From the IMG/VR virus record IMGVR_UViG_3300031576_000010, positions 35,909 through 99,908 of that record: a stretch of 64,000 bases of DNA; one strand, written 5' to 3'. The notes beneath the pieces are model-generated. The model was not told the DNA's origin. It did not search any database and saw only the letters and a list, made by a program, of their open reading frames with translations. A program made the translations under genes and the position numbers. Shown piece by piece: positions 28,079 to 36,753 of this stretch (the first letter of the stretch is position 1; each line of letters starts with the position of its first letter). The DNA is from a virus.

Positions 28079-29764
28079 CTACGATGAGAACGCCGCGAGG
28101 CGCCAGCGTGTCGAGGTCGAGTCGTAGTAGAGCCAGACCGAGCTGCCGGGCCCGACCGTCCGCGCGACTCCGCCGGGCAGCGTGAAGCGGTTGGCCGCTG
28201 CCGAACCGGCGTCCTCGTTGTTCAGCGTGAACGTGTTGGCAGTCGAAATGTTCAGGAGCAGGATCAGGCGTCCGTCCGTCGGGGCGGGCGGGACCATGCC
28301 GGTGACGACAGCAGCAGCTCCGGTATCCTGACGAACGACCGCTGCCGTCGTGAGCCCGGCCGGGTTGTAGTCGTTGTTGGTGGACGCCGCCACGAGGGCG
28401 GCCGGGGTGATGTCGTTCGCGAAGTTGATCCCGTCGTTCGCGAAGAGCGTCCCGTCGAATTGCGCGCGGCCTGCCTGTACCCAGAGCGCCAGCGCCGTCG
28501 TGATGGTCGCGTTCGTCCCGGCGACCGGAGCACCCAAGATCGCGAACGTCGCCGCAGTGGTGATCGTGCTAGCCGCAACGAACCCGTAGGTCGGCTGCCC
28601 GACCCTGTACGCCCTCTGCGTCGCGAGCGCGCCGGTCGCGAACTGGACGGTGCGCGTGAGGTTCCAGAAGACGTCGCTCGCCTCGACGCCGGCCGCGAGC
28701 GTCGTGTGCGCTGCGGCGTTCGCGGTCCACATCACCGGGCTGCCGGCCACCGCGACCGTCTGGCTCAGCGTGTGAGCCGAGACGCCCAGCGAGAGCTTGG
28801 TCACGCCACCCGTCACGAGCCCGAGCGTGTCGGCCGCGGGGCCGAACATGCCGGTGTTCGTATCAGTGTTGAAGGCGTAGCCGGGTGTACCAACCGCACC
28901 GACTGCAGCGAAGACTTGCGTCGACCCGCTGAGGTTGCACGAGGCAGCAGAGATGATGCACCGGTTCGCGCCGCCGGTTGTGATGTTGAGGGTGTTGACC
29001 CCGCCGGACAGGATCCCCGTGTCGGGGTCACCGGAGAACGAGTAGGTCGGGGCTCCGACCGCTCCTGCCGGTCCAAGAACGACGAGAGTCGAGGTGAGCG
29101 ACGCGGTAGACAGCGACAGGCGCGAGACGCCGCCTGTCGCCCAGCCGATCGTGTTCGCGGCCGACTCGAACATCCCCGTGTCGACGTCGCCGCCGAACGT
29201 GTAGCTCGGGAGCGCGGCCGTCCCCAGTGGAGCCACGAATGGCAAGATCGAGAAAATGCCCGCCGCCACCGAGATCGACATGGTGAAGACGCCGCCGATG
29301 GAAAATCCGAGGAAGTTCGCACCGACGTTGAACATCCCGGTGTCTGGATCGCCCGAGAACGAGTAGGACGGCAGCAGGGCCGTCCCTGCCGGACCCAGCA
29401 GTGGCACCGACCACGTGTGCGCGCCCGTCCAGGTCGGCGAGAAAGTCTGGTCCACCGCCATCGAATCGACCGCGACCGTGATACCCGTCCCGGCTCCGAC
29501 GTCGAACGTCCTGTCGGCCGACAGGTCCCCGCCGCCCGTCAAGCCAGCGCCAGCCGTCAGCGTCCGGGTCGGAGGAACGCCGCCCCCGCCCCCCGCGATC
29601 GTGATGATCGTACGGCTCGGATCGGCCGGGTCGGCCGTTGCGGCTACGCCCGCACCAACAAAGTTCAGGGCCGACTGGGTCGTACGGACAAGCACGCCCT
29701 CGTCGTAGACATCGAGCGCGGACGATCCTGCTGATCTCGCACCAGTAAGTCGTAGACCCGGCAC
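28079..29764 (-). CDS. Tail fibre protein
   Basis: RTLTAGAGLTGGGDLSADRT motif; four P.Y.F..D.DTG(M/I)F shaft repeats; Ala/Gly/Thr-rich. Confidence 0.8.
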   Translation of the reverse strand: MPGLRLTGARSAGSSALDVYDEGVLVRTTQSALNFVGAGVAATADPADPSRTIITIAGGGGGVPPTRTLTAGAGLTGGGDLSADRTFDVGAGTGITVAVDSMAVDQTFSPTWTGAHTWSVPLLGPAGTALLPSYSFSGDPDTGMFNVGANFLGFSIGGVFTMSISVAAGIFSILPFVAPLGTAALPSYTFGGDVDTGMFESAANTIGWATGGVSRLSLSTASLTSTLVVLGPAGAVGAPTYSFSGDPDTGILSGGVNTLNITTGGANRCIISAASCNLSGSTQVFAAVGAVGTPGYAFNTDTNTGMFGPAADTLGLVTGGVTKLSLGVSAHTLSQTVAVAGSPVMWTANAAAHTTLAAGVEASDVFWNLTRTVQFATGALATQRAYRVGQPTYGFVAASTITTAATFAILGAPVAGTNATITTALALWVQAGRAQFDGTLFANDGINFANDITPAALVAASTNNDYNPAGLTTAAVVRQDTGAAAVVTGMVPPAPTDGRLILLLNISTANTFTLNNEDAGSAAANRFTLPGGVARTVGPGSSVWLYYDSTSTRWRLAAFSS

Positions 29765-30142
29765 CTACGCCTCCTCACCCCAAATCTGGATCGGGCCACC
29801 ACCCGTGATGTTGCGGAGCCGGAAGAAAATGATGGCGTCGTCGATGTCGTCTTGGATGAACAGGCGCGCGTGCGGAACGATCGGCAGCGTGCCGGCCAAC
29901 GCCCACGTGTTGTCGACCGTGTTGAGCACCCAGACCTCGATGTCGGCCGTGTTGGCCGCGGGCGTCGTAAACACGAGCTTAGCGTGATACCCGCGCGTCC
30001 AGATCGGACGGTTGATGTTCTCACGATAGCTCGCGAGCCTGAGCAGTTCGGTAGCGGGCGGAGCCGACACGTTGGGATCGGCGTCGTCGACTACTCCCAC
30101 CTTCGTCCTGACGAGTCGAAGCTGGAAGCCTTCACCAGCCAT
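29765..30142 (-). CDS. Hypothetical beta-rich virion protein
   Basis: Packed ORF with GAGG RBS. Confidence 0.6.
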   Translation of the reverse strand: MAGEGFQLRLVRTKVGVVDDADPNVSAPPATELLRLASYRENINRPIWTRGYHAKLVFTTPAANTADIEVWVLNTVDNTWALAGTLPIVPHARLFIQDDIDDAIIFFRLRNITGGGPIQIWGEEA

Positions 30143-30145
30143 CCG

Positions 30146-30577
30146 TCACCTCGTTTCCAACACGTTGACCGCCCCGTAGACCAGCACGCCCGTCGCAACA
30201 GCTCCGAGCAAGAACCCGATTACGAAGTCGTTCCGTTCCCAGAAGCCCGGTTTGGCCGTTTCCTGCGCGCTCGTCCGCGCCTTCGCGAGCTGGTCGGCCG
30301 TTTCGTGTAGGAGCCGATCGCGCACTCCCAACCGACCGGCCAGCTCATCGTTGGCGAGCTGGAGGTGCGCGTACGCCAGAAACCGCTGCTCCGCCACGAG
30401 AAGGCCGTCGTATGGGGCGGGCTGACCAGCCTCCAGCGGGACGACATTGGGTTCGGGCTGGGCCGCATCCGCGGTAACGGGCAGTTGGGCGGTGGGGACG
30501 GGATCGTCCCCGTACGCATCCCCATATGGCCACGCCAACAAGATGGCGATGGCCGCAATGCTTGCCAGCCGGATCAA
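30146..30577 (-). CDS. Membrane protein with signal peptide, coiled coil and C-terminal TM (spanin-like candidate)
   Basis: Hydrophobic N- and C-termini; GQPAPYDGLLV; TTG start overlaps the upstream TGA. Confidence 0.5.
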   Translation of the reverse strand: MIRLASIAAIAILLAWPYGDAYGDDPVPTAQLPVTADAAQPEPNVVPLEAGQPAPYDGLLVAEQRFLAYAHLQLANDELAGRLGVRDRLLHETADQLAKARTSAQETAKPGFWERNDFVIGFLLGAVATGVLVYGAVNVLETR

Positions 30578-31095
30578 CGCGACCTCGCGGGTGGGTGAGC
30601 CTTCGCCCAAGCGGCCAGCGCGGCCAACCTAGCCTTCCTGTCCGGCATGGCGGCCGCCTTGTCCAACTCGGCCTTGAGCGATTCGACGTGCTCCTTGACC
30701 TTGTCGTCACCAGCCGATAGCGCATGCTCGACCGCCGCCGATGCGGCCCGGCGCTCCCGCCCCGCCGCCGTCGCGGTTGAGACGACTTCGTGGGCTCCAA
30801 TGCCCGCGAACGCGGCCCCCACTCCTCCCAACCCCGCCATCAGGATGGTGGCCCATGGCTTGTGCATCGCGAGAGCGCCGAGCGCGCCCGCCAGAAACCC
30901 AAGCGCCGAAGCGACGAGGGGCCGGAGCCACTTGTGGTGGGCCGACAACTTCTCCAGTAGCTTCTGGCCCACCAGCGTCTTCGAGAAGTCCATCAACAGC
31001 TTGATGACGGCCGCGAGGGTAGCGATCGCACCCCACGCCTTCGCGTTGGTTGCGATGCCGATACCACTGTTGATGATGTCGAGCATGCTTTCCAT
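30574..31095 (-). CDS. Multi-TM membrane protein (holin-like)
   Basis: About three hydrophobic segments; AAGGAG RBS before MESML. Confidence 0.55.
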   Translation of the reverse strand: MESMLDIINSGIGIATNAKAWGAIATLAAVIKLLMDFSKTLVGQKLLEKLSAHHKWLRPLVASALGFLAGALGALAMHKPWATILMAGLGGVGAAFAGIGAHEVVSTATAAGRERRAASAAVEHALSAGDDKVKEHVESLKAELDKAAAMPDRKARLAALAAWAKAHPPARSR

Positions 31096-31106
31096 CAGAT
31101 AGCTCC

Positions 31107-31826
31107 TTAGCCCTGGTCGATCGTCATGCTGACGAACTCGATCGTGATACCGAGCTGGTTGACAGCATCCAAGTTGGTGACGCGGACGACGATCGGGAAG
31201 CCTTTGACGCCCCACCGGTTCTCGAACTTCCGCTGCGGATTGGAGGAAGGTTCGTTGGGAGGCCAGATCCGGACGGTGTCGCCAGGATCGAACAAGAGAA
31301 ACTCCTCGTCGGTCAGGTGGGCGGCGGCCGCCCCCTGTGACGTCGGACCAAAGAACACCTCGCTCGTGAAATTACGAGCCTGCGGCACCGCGACCACCAA
31401 CGTGAACGTGACGGCATCGGTCTGGTTGGTCGCGGGGATGAGCGCGAGGTTGACGTTCACCTGAAGGGACGATCCATCTCCACCCGGGAGCATGAGGAAG
31501 AAGGAGCCGCTCGTCCCCCCTGAAAGGGGAACGTCCGGCCCCGGCTCCAACGCGCCAGGCGCCTGCCACCGGAGTCGCCGCGGATTCGCGAAGAACGCGA
31601 GCGTCCCGGGCGCCGCACCCGTCACCGTATCCTGTGACGAGCTGACGATCGTCACACCCGTCACGTTGACGAGCGCGGACGGGGTCCGATCACCATTCGT
31701 CCGGGCGGTGAACGGACGGCCGTAGACCGTCAGCTCGCGGAACGCCCGGTCTTCCATCGGCATGACGATGTCCTTGGCCGAGGAGGGCGGCACAAGCGCT
31801 GGAATCGCATACCAATTGAATCGCAT
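31107..31826 (-). CDS. Virion structural protein carrying the shared WQAPG beta domain
   Basis: Domain shared with 18790..20550 and 22354..24906. Confidence 0.65.
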   Translation of the reverse strand: MRFNWYAIPALVPPSSAKDIVMPMEDRAFRELTVYGRPFTARTNGDRTPSALVNVTGVTIVSSSQDTVTGAAPGTLAFFANPRRLRWQAPGALEPGPDVPLSGGTSGSFFLMLPGGDGSSLQVNVNLALIPATNQTDAVTFTLVVAVPQARNFTSEVFFGPTSQGAAAAHLTDEEFLLFDPGDTVRIWPPNEPSSNPQRKFENRWGVKGFPIVVRVTNLDAVNQLGITIEFVSMTIDQG

Positions 31827-31844
31827 CGTACCCGCCTCCTTCGA

Positions 31845-33086
31845 CTACTCGACCATCGCCTGGCGACGGATGAAGTCGTCACCGTCATCCTGAGCGACCG
31901 GCGCTTCCTCGGGGCCCGGGACCTCCTGCAACTTCTGGATCTCGGTGGTGGCCCACCGCTTGACGCTCGGCCAGTACGACTTGGCCCGCACGTGCTCCAG
32001 CTCGTCCTCGCTCAGACGACCGAGCGACTGGAGGTCCATGAGGATCTGGCTGGCGGGCCTGATGTTGTTGCTGTCGAACGCGACCCCATCGCCGGACGAC
32101 CGCTTCTGCTCGTCTTGGATGTCCTGCTGGACGTTGTACATGAGGATGCGGACGCGGTCACGGATGACGTCCTCCTCGTTGACGAAGAGGTTTGCCTCGA
32201 CTCGCTGGCGCTCGCCGTACCGAGTGGCACCAGCAGGGCCGGAGCCCGACTCGACGACCCGGTGGATCGGTTGAGGGGCGGGACCCGACTCCACCGTCTC
32301 ACGAAACGCCCGACGCGCCTCCTCGGACCGGCGCAGCGCCTCGTCGGCCGTGATGTGCATCGCCTTGGCGCGCTGGTCGAAGTAGGCGCGGTACTCGTCC
32401 TCCTCCATGATGCGGAGGTACCGCTGACCCGTCTGCTTGTCGCGCGCGTTGAATGCCTTGCGGACATCCACGCTCGACTTGAGATCCTGGAACGACACCA
32501 TCGCGGTCAGGTTGATGGGGTCGGGGGACGCGGGGATCGAGACGGACGTGGAGGCGCCGCCCGGCAACACGAACTGGATGACGAAGTTGCTGGGGTGCAT
32601 GTTCTGCACGTAGATGTCGCGCTCTTCCCGCCAGAACTCCGTCCAGTTGAGGATGTCGCCGTTCTTGTCGAGGTACTGCTTGCCGTTCATCACTTGAGGT
32701 CTCCTTTCGACCTGTTCGCGACCGATCCGGACCAACCGGACGGTCGGTGGCTCATACGTGACAAGGCGGACACGTCCCTCACGGAGGAACGAGGTCGCCT
32801 TTGCTGCAACGAAGACGGTCGTGAACACACCATCCTTGTCGAGGACGCGGACGGGTTCATCGACTCGTCGGAAGTAGTAGCGGTCGTGTGGCGGCGCCCC
32901 CGCGCTCCCCGGCTTGAGCCGGATGGTGCAGAGGGGCGAGTGGGCGAACACACGAGCCTCATGATCGCGCAGGAGGATTCGGGCGCGCCCGTTCGACACG
33001 TAGTAGAGGAAGAGGCGGTCGGGTCCGATGACGGCAACGAGGGGGCGCCCGTTGCCGTTGCTTCCTCGTTCGCCGTTCGACCCCAC
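31845..33086 (-). CDS. Protein with two tandem RRXRR/PLMP-like N-terminal domains and an unknown C-terminal region
   Basis: VAVIGPD..GRARILLRDHEARV..PLCTIRL and VRVLDKDG..AKATSFLREGRVRLV..PPTVRL. Confidence 0.7.
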   Translation of the reverse strand: MGSNGERGSNGNGRPLVAVIGPDRLFLYYVSNGRARILLRDHEARVFAHSPLCTIRLKPGSAGAPPHDRYYFRRVDEPVRVLDKDGVFTTVFVAAKATSFLREGRVRLVTYEPPTVRLVRIGREQVERRPQVMNGKQYLDKNGDILNWTEFWREERDIYVQNMHPSNFVIQFVLPGGASTSVSIPASPDPINLTAMVSFQDLKSSVDVRKAFNARDKQTGQRYLRIMEEDEYRAYFDQRAKAMHITADEALRRSEEARRAFRETVESGPAPQPIHRVVESGSGPAGATRYGERQRVEANLFVNEEDVIRDRVRILMYNVQQDIQDEQKRSSGDGVAFDSNNIRPASQILMDLQSLGRLSEDELEHVRAKSYWPSVKRWATTEIQKLQEVPGPEEAPVAQDDGDDFIRRQAMVE

Positions 33087-33088
33087 AC

Positions 33089-34600
33089 CTACGCGCTCCC
33101 CAGCTTGTAGACCATGCAGGCCGGAACGAATGGACGGATCAAAGAGAAGAAGCGATCATGCGACCGGCTCGACAGCCGGAGCGTGAAACCAACGCCCTGT
33201 CGATTTTTTGTCAGCTTGAGCCCGAACCGTTCGGCCAGGAAGCCGGCGAGTACATCGATCGACTCGATGTCGAACGAGTTGGTCGCGAACGAAATGCTTC
33301 CGTTCGACACGTTGCGCCAGCCATCATCCAGGTACAAGAGCGCCAACCCGAGTGCGTCGAGTGGCTCTAGCGTTTCAGTAGTGAGAACGCGCTTCTGGCC
33401 GTCACGGTAGACCGCGTCGTGCAGCATGGAGAAGTGCGGGTGTGAGATCGTCCAGGTCCTGTAGAATGGCTTGGCCGGCTTCTTGGCGTGGCGGTACGGA
33501 CCGTTGATCTCTGCCTGAACCAGCGGGCCCAGAAGCGCCATCTTGATCTTTAGATACTCGACCTGTGACTCGCAGTGGCCGAGCGTCAAGTGGGCGTGCC
33601 GTTCCAAACTCCAACGGCCCGCAAGCCCCGAGTCGCCCAACACCATCCCGAGGATCGCACCATGTAGCCGTTCCGGGACCTCTGTGGTCCTCCACGTCGG
33701 AATGCCAGCGGCCTCCTGACTTTCGAGCACGGCGGTCGGGGCATGCGCATCGAGCTTCATCCGATGCTCCGCGATAGCCGGATTATCCGATCGCCAGTGC
33801 GCCTGCATGTGGTCGCGGCGCTTCTGGCGGAAATCCGCGTCGTAACCGTGCGCTTCAGTGGCCTGCCGTTTCGAGAGACCACTCTGGAGCGGGGCCCCTG
33901 GGAACCGAGCCGCATACACTTCGAGGGTCATGTCGTGCTGGACGAGGTGCGTGCTGGAGATGTGAAAGAAATGGCGGCCACAGACCTGACAGGCCACCGT
34001 TGCGGTCTCGGGCAGCTCGACCAGCTTGGCTTCGCGGAGTAGCGCGCCCGCCGCATAGGCGGTCTTCGACGAGATCCGAACCGCCATCTTCATGCACTCG
34101 CGGCACTGCCGATGGAGCTTGCCGTTGCCACGCCTGTAGAAATGTTCGTCGGTTGCCGAAAACGTCTGCCGGCATGTCGAACAGGTGATCTCGGTCGACT
34201 CAGCCTTGTGGGCTCGCGGGGCTGCGATGCGGATGGCGGCTGCACGCGACTGCGGCGTTGCAGCAAGCGGCTCGCCCGCATGCCTGGCCCTAGCGCGCTC
34301 GCTCCAGCACACGCGACAGCGAGGCTGTAGCCGCCCTTCCTTGCGACGGTAGAAGTGGGTTTCGTCGGCCGGCTTGGTCCCACCGCAGATTTTGCAGGTC
34401 TTGACCCCACCGAGCAGCTCGAATTCACGGGCCGCAACTACGGCGGGGTCGACGACGACCCGTACTGCACGGTCGGCCGCCTCCGCCACCTGCTTGCACA
34501 GCTTGCACGTCGACAGGAGGCCCGCGGGGCTCGCGGCGTGCTTCGTGAAGAACTCGGTGGTCAGGGGTTTAGGCTGACCACACCTGCGACAGATACGCAT
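33089..34600 (-). mobile_element. Free-standing LAGLIDADG homing endonuclease with multiple Zn-ribbon repeats
   Basis: ILGMVLGDSGL and LALLYLDDGW; repeated CxxC..K...F ribbons; ATG at 34600. Confidence 0.9.
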
Positions 34601-34606
34601 ACCGCA

Positions 34607-34635
34607 AGAATAAGTGATCGAGACTGAGCTGTCAA
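34607..34635 (-). promoter_or_regulatory. Sigma70-like leaderless promoter of the endonuclease (TTGACA-N17-TATTCT)
   Basis: Canonical hexamers; ATG 6 nt after the -10. Confidence 0.7.
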
Positions 34636-34643
34636 GCAGTAGA

Positions 34644-34701
34644 GCACTCGGCACACGCCAGCCGTCACCTGGAGCGTGAGAGCTAACGTGTGCCGAAATG
34701 C
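34644..34701 (-). other. Long imperfect hairpin 3' of the major capsid gene
   Basis: TCGGCACACG...CGTGTGCCGA perfect 10-bp core with extensions; no U-tract. Confidence 0.55.
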
Positions 34702-34718
34702 CAATCATCATCAGTGCG

Positions 34719-35924
34719 CTACGGCTTCGCGCCCTTCGCGACCGCACGAGCGTTCGGGATCCCAAAGCCGATAATCTCACAGAACGCCCATCCCTTGACG
34801 GTTTCCTGTGTGACAAATCGGTTGTACGGTTCCGAGAACAGCTCGACCCGCACACCCATCTCTCCGAGGTACTCGGAGCCCGTGACCGCGTAGAAGGTTC
34901 CCGCGGGCACGACTTCCTCGACGCCGGTACCAGCCGTCGTGATGATCTGGGCGTTCAGGTAGTTGCCGATGTACCCGGCCAGGATCAGCTCCCTCTCGGT
35001 CACCGGATCCACGGTCGTCGACATCGTCTTGATGACGTCGGAGAGTTCCGCACGGTTGATGAGGAACTTCTCGACGATCAGACGATGGCGCTCGACCTGG
35101 AACCGGACGTCCTCGAAGGCGCCGGTGCCCAACGTCGTGTACGTCGTGGCCGTGTTGACGGCCGTGGAGGCGCGGTCCAGGAGCAGACGCCCTCGCTTGT
35201 CCTCGTTCAGCTCGATCTCCTGACGCGCGGTGTCCTGCGCGCGATCGAGAACGTCGTAGTTCATCTGGTAGATGTCGAAGATGTCGACCGAGGTGAACGC
35301 GACGATCTTGGTCTCGTCCGGCTGGATGTACCGACCATGGAGGCGTGCCTCGATGCCCTGTCCATCCTGACCGACGACGAAAGCGACCGAACGAACGTCC
35401 TTCGCGATCCTGAACAGCTCGCCCTGCGCGAGCGGACGCACACGGTACACCTTGCGCGCCCATCCCTCGTAGTCGACGATGTCCTTGATCGGAAGGAGCA
35501 GTTCCTGGCCGACGAGCGCGAAGCCCTCGCCGGTCGGGTCCTGCATCGCCTGGGCCACGATGTTCATCTTGGCCTGGCGTTCCTGGAGAGACTCGCGCGC
35601 CGCCGCCGTCCTGATGAGCGACTGCGACGCGCCCGGGCCCACGTTCTGGAGCAGGTGGGCGATCTGCCGAAGGACATCTCCGTTGTCGTAGGCAGACATC
35701 TGCCCCGACTTGTCGAACATGCGGTCCTTCGATTCCGCACGGCCCGACCCCGGACCGACCTTGCGGCCGGCCTGGCGGAGGGGGTTGAGCTGTCCGGACT
35801 CGTCCCACACACGTTCCTCCGCCCTTGACTGCGGTGTGTGTCGGACGCTCCCGAGCGGCAAGCCCCTCGAAGCGGTCTTGGGTGTTCCGGACTGGGAGGT
35901 CCGGAACGGATTTACTCGTTCCAT
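34719..35924 (-). CDS. Major capsid protein (HK97-fold)
   Basis: PIKDIVDYEGWARK, YDVLDRAQD.ARQEI...ED, C-terminal GFGIPNARAVA; follows protease and decoration genes. Confidence 0.85.
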   Translation of the reverse strand: MERVNPFRTSQSGTPKTASRGLPLGSVRHTPQSRAEERVWDESGQLNPLRQAGRKVGPGSGRAESKDRMFDKSGQMSAYDNGDVLRQIAHLLQNVGPGASQSLIRTAAARESLQERQAKMNIVAQAMQDPTGEGFALVGQELLLPIKDIVDYEGWARKVYRVRPLAQGELFRIAKDVRSVAFVVGQDGQGIEARLHGRYIQPDETKIVAFTSVDIFDIYQMNYDVLDRAQDTARQEIELNEDKRGRLLLDRASTAVNTATTYTTLGTGAFEDVRFQVERHRLIVEKFLINRAELSDVIKTMSTTVDPVTERELILAGYIGNYLNAQIITTAGTGVEEVVPAGTFYAVTGSEYLGEMGVRVELFSEPYNRFVTQETVKGWAFCEIIGFGIPNARAVAKGAKP

Positions 35925-35943
35925 CTTGTTCCTCCGTTGTCCG

Positions 35944-36723
35944 TCACGTCACCAGGTTGCCTGTTGCGATCCAGCCCAGGAAGGGGTCGGACGCGCGTGG
36001 CGCCTGGATCACTCGACCCAGGATGTCGCCACCGCCCGCGTTCGTCACCTGCCCGGCCGTCACTCCCGTCCCCACGCTGGCCCTGATGACGTCGCCAGGT
36101 GTGTACGTGAGTGTCGCGTCGAACTCGCTCGTGAACAGGGTCGACTGTCCCTGGATGATCGCGATGCGACCGCCCTGGACCGTCACGTCGTCGTTCTGGT
36201 TCCAGAAGTTGCGCCCCTGGAAGTCCAGGTCGGCGTTCGTGACCGCCGACTGGTACGTGATGAAGACGGTCTGACCCTGGACCACCGTGCCCGGAAGCGG
36301 GTTGTTCCACGTGATGGTCCCGTTCGCATTGACCACGTAGTTGGCGCCACCTTCTGCGATGTTGGTGCCGCCGCCGTTCGCAGCCGTGCGAATGTGGGTC
36401 GTGCCGATGACGGCCGCGCGCCTGAGCGCGACGGTACCGCCAGCCGCGGGAACGACGGTGGCTTCGTCCACGATGATGGTGTTGCCAGCACCCGTGTCCT
36501 TCGTCCACTTCGCGATCCCGAAGACCACGACACCCGGACCGTTCGCGCCGACGGTTGCGTCACCGCGGACGATCTGGCTCGCCGTGTTCATCTTGACGAC
36601 CTGTCCCTGCCGGAAGGTCGCGTTCGGATCCGCCTCGAACGGGCCGGGTTCCGATGCGATCTTGCAGCGTGTCAGATGTAGCCCTGCCGGGAAAATCTGA
36701 CTGATGAAAGCCTCGATTGCCAT
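35944..36723 (-). CDS. Capsid decoration/cement protein
   Basis: Between scaffold and capsid genes; T.EFD...YTPG and G.V.QAP...DPFLG. Confidence 0.7.
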   Translation of the reverse strand: MAIEAFISQIFPAGLHLTRCKIASEPGPFEADPNATFRQGQVVKMNTASQIVRGDATVGANGPGVVVFGIAKWTKDTGAGNTIIVDEATVVPAAGGTVALRRAAVIGTTHIRTAANGGGTNIAEGGANYVVNANGTITWNNPLPGTVVQGQTVFITYQSAVTNADLDFQGRNFWNQNDDVTVQGGRIAIIQGQSTLFTSEFDATLTYTPGDVIRASVGTGVTAGQVTNAGGGDILGRVIQAPRASDPFLGWIATGNLVT

Positions 36724-36753
36724 TTCTACCTCACCTCCTCTCCTGGCTCAGAT

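Noticed and set aside
31845-33086. Full IscB/IsrB transposon
   Set aside because: No RuvC or HNH motifs follow the PLMP-like units and there is no space for an omegaRNA directly upstream
33089-34700. Group I intron around the LAGLIDADG gene after the capsid
   Set aside because: Flanking genes are complete with their own stops and starts, the gene has its own promoter, and no intron core was recognised
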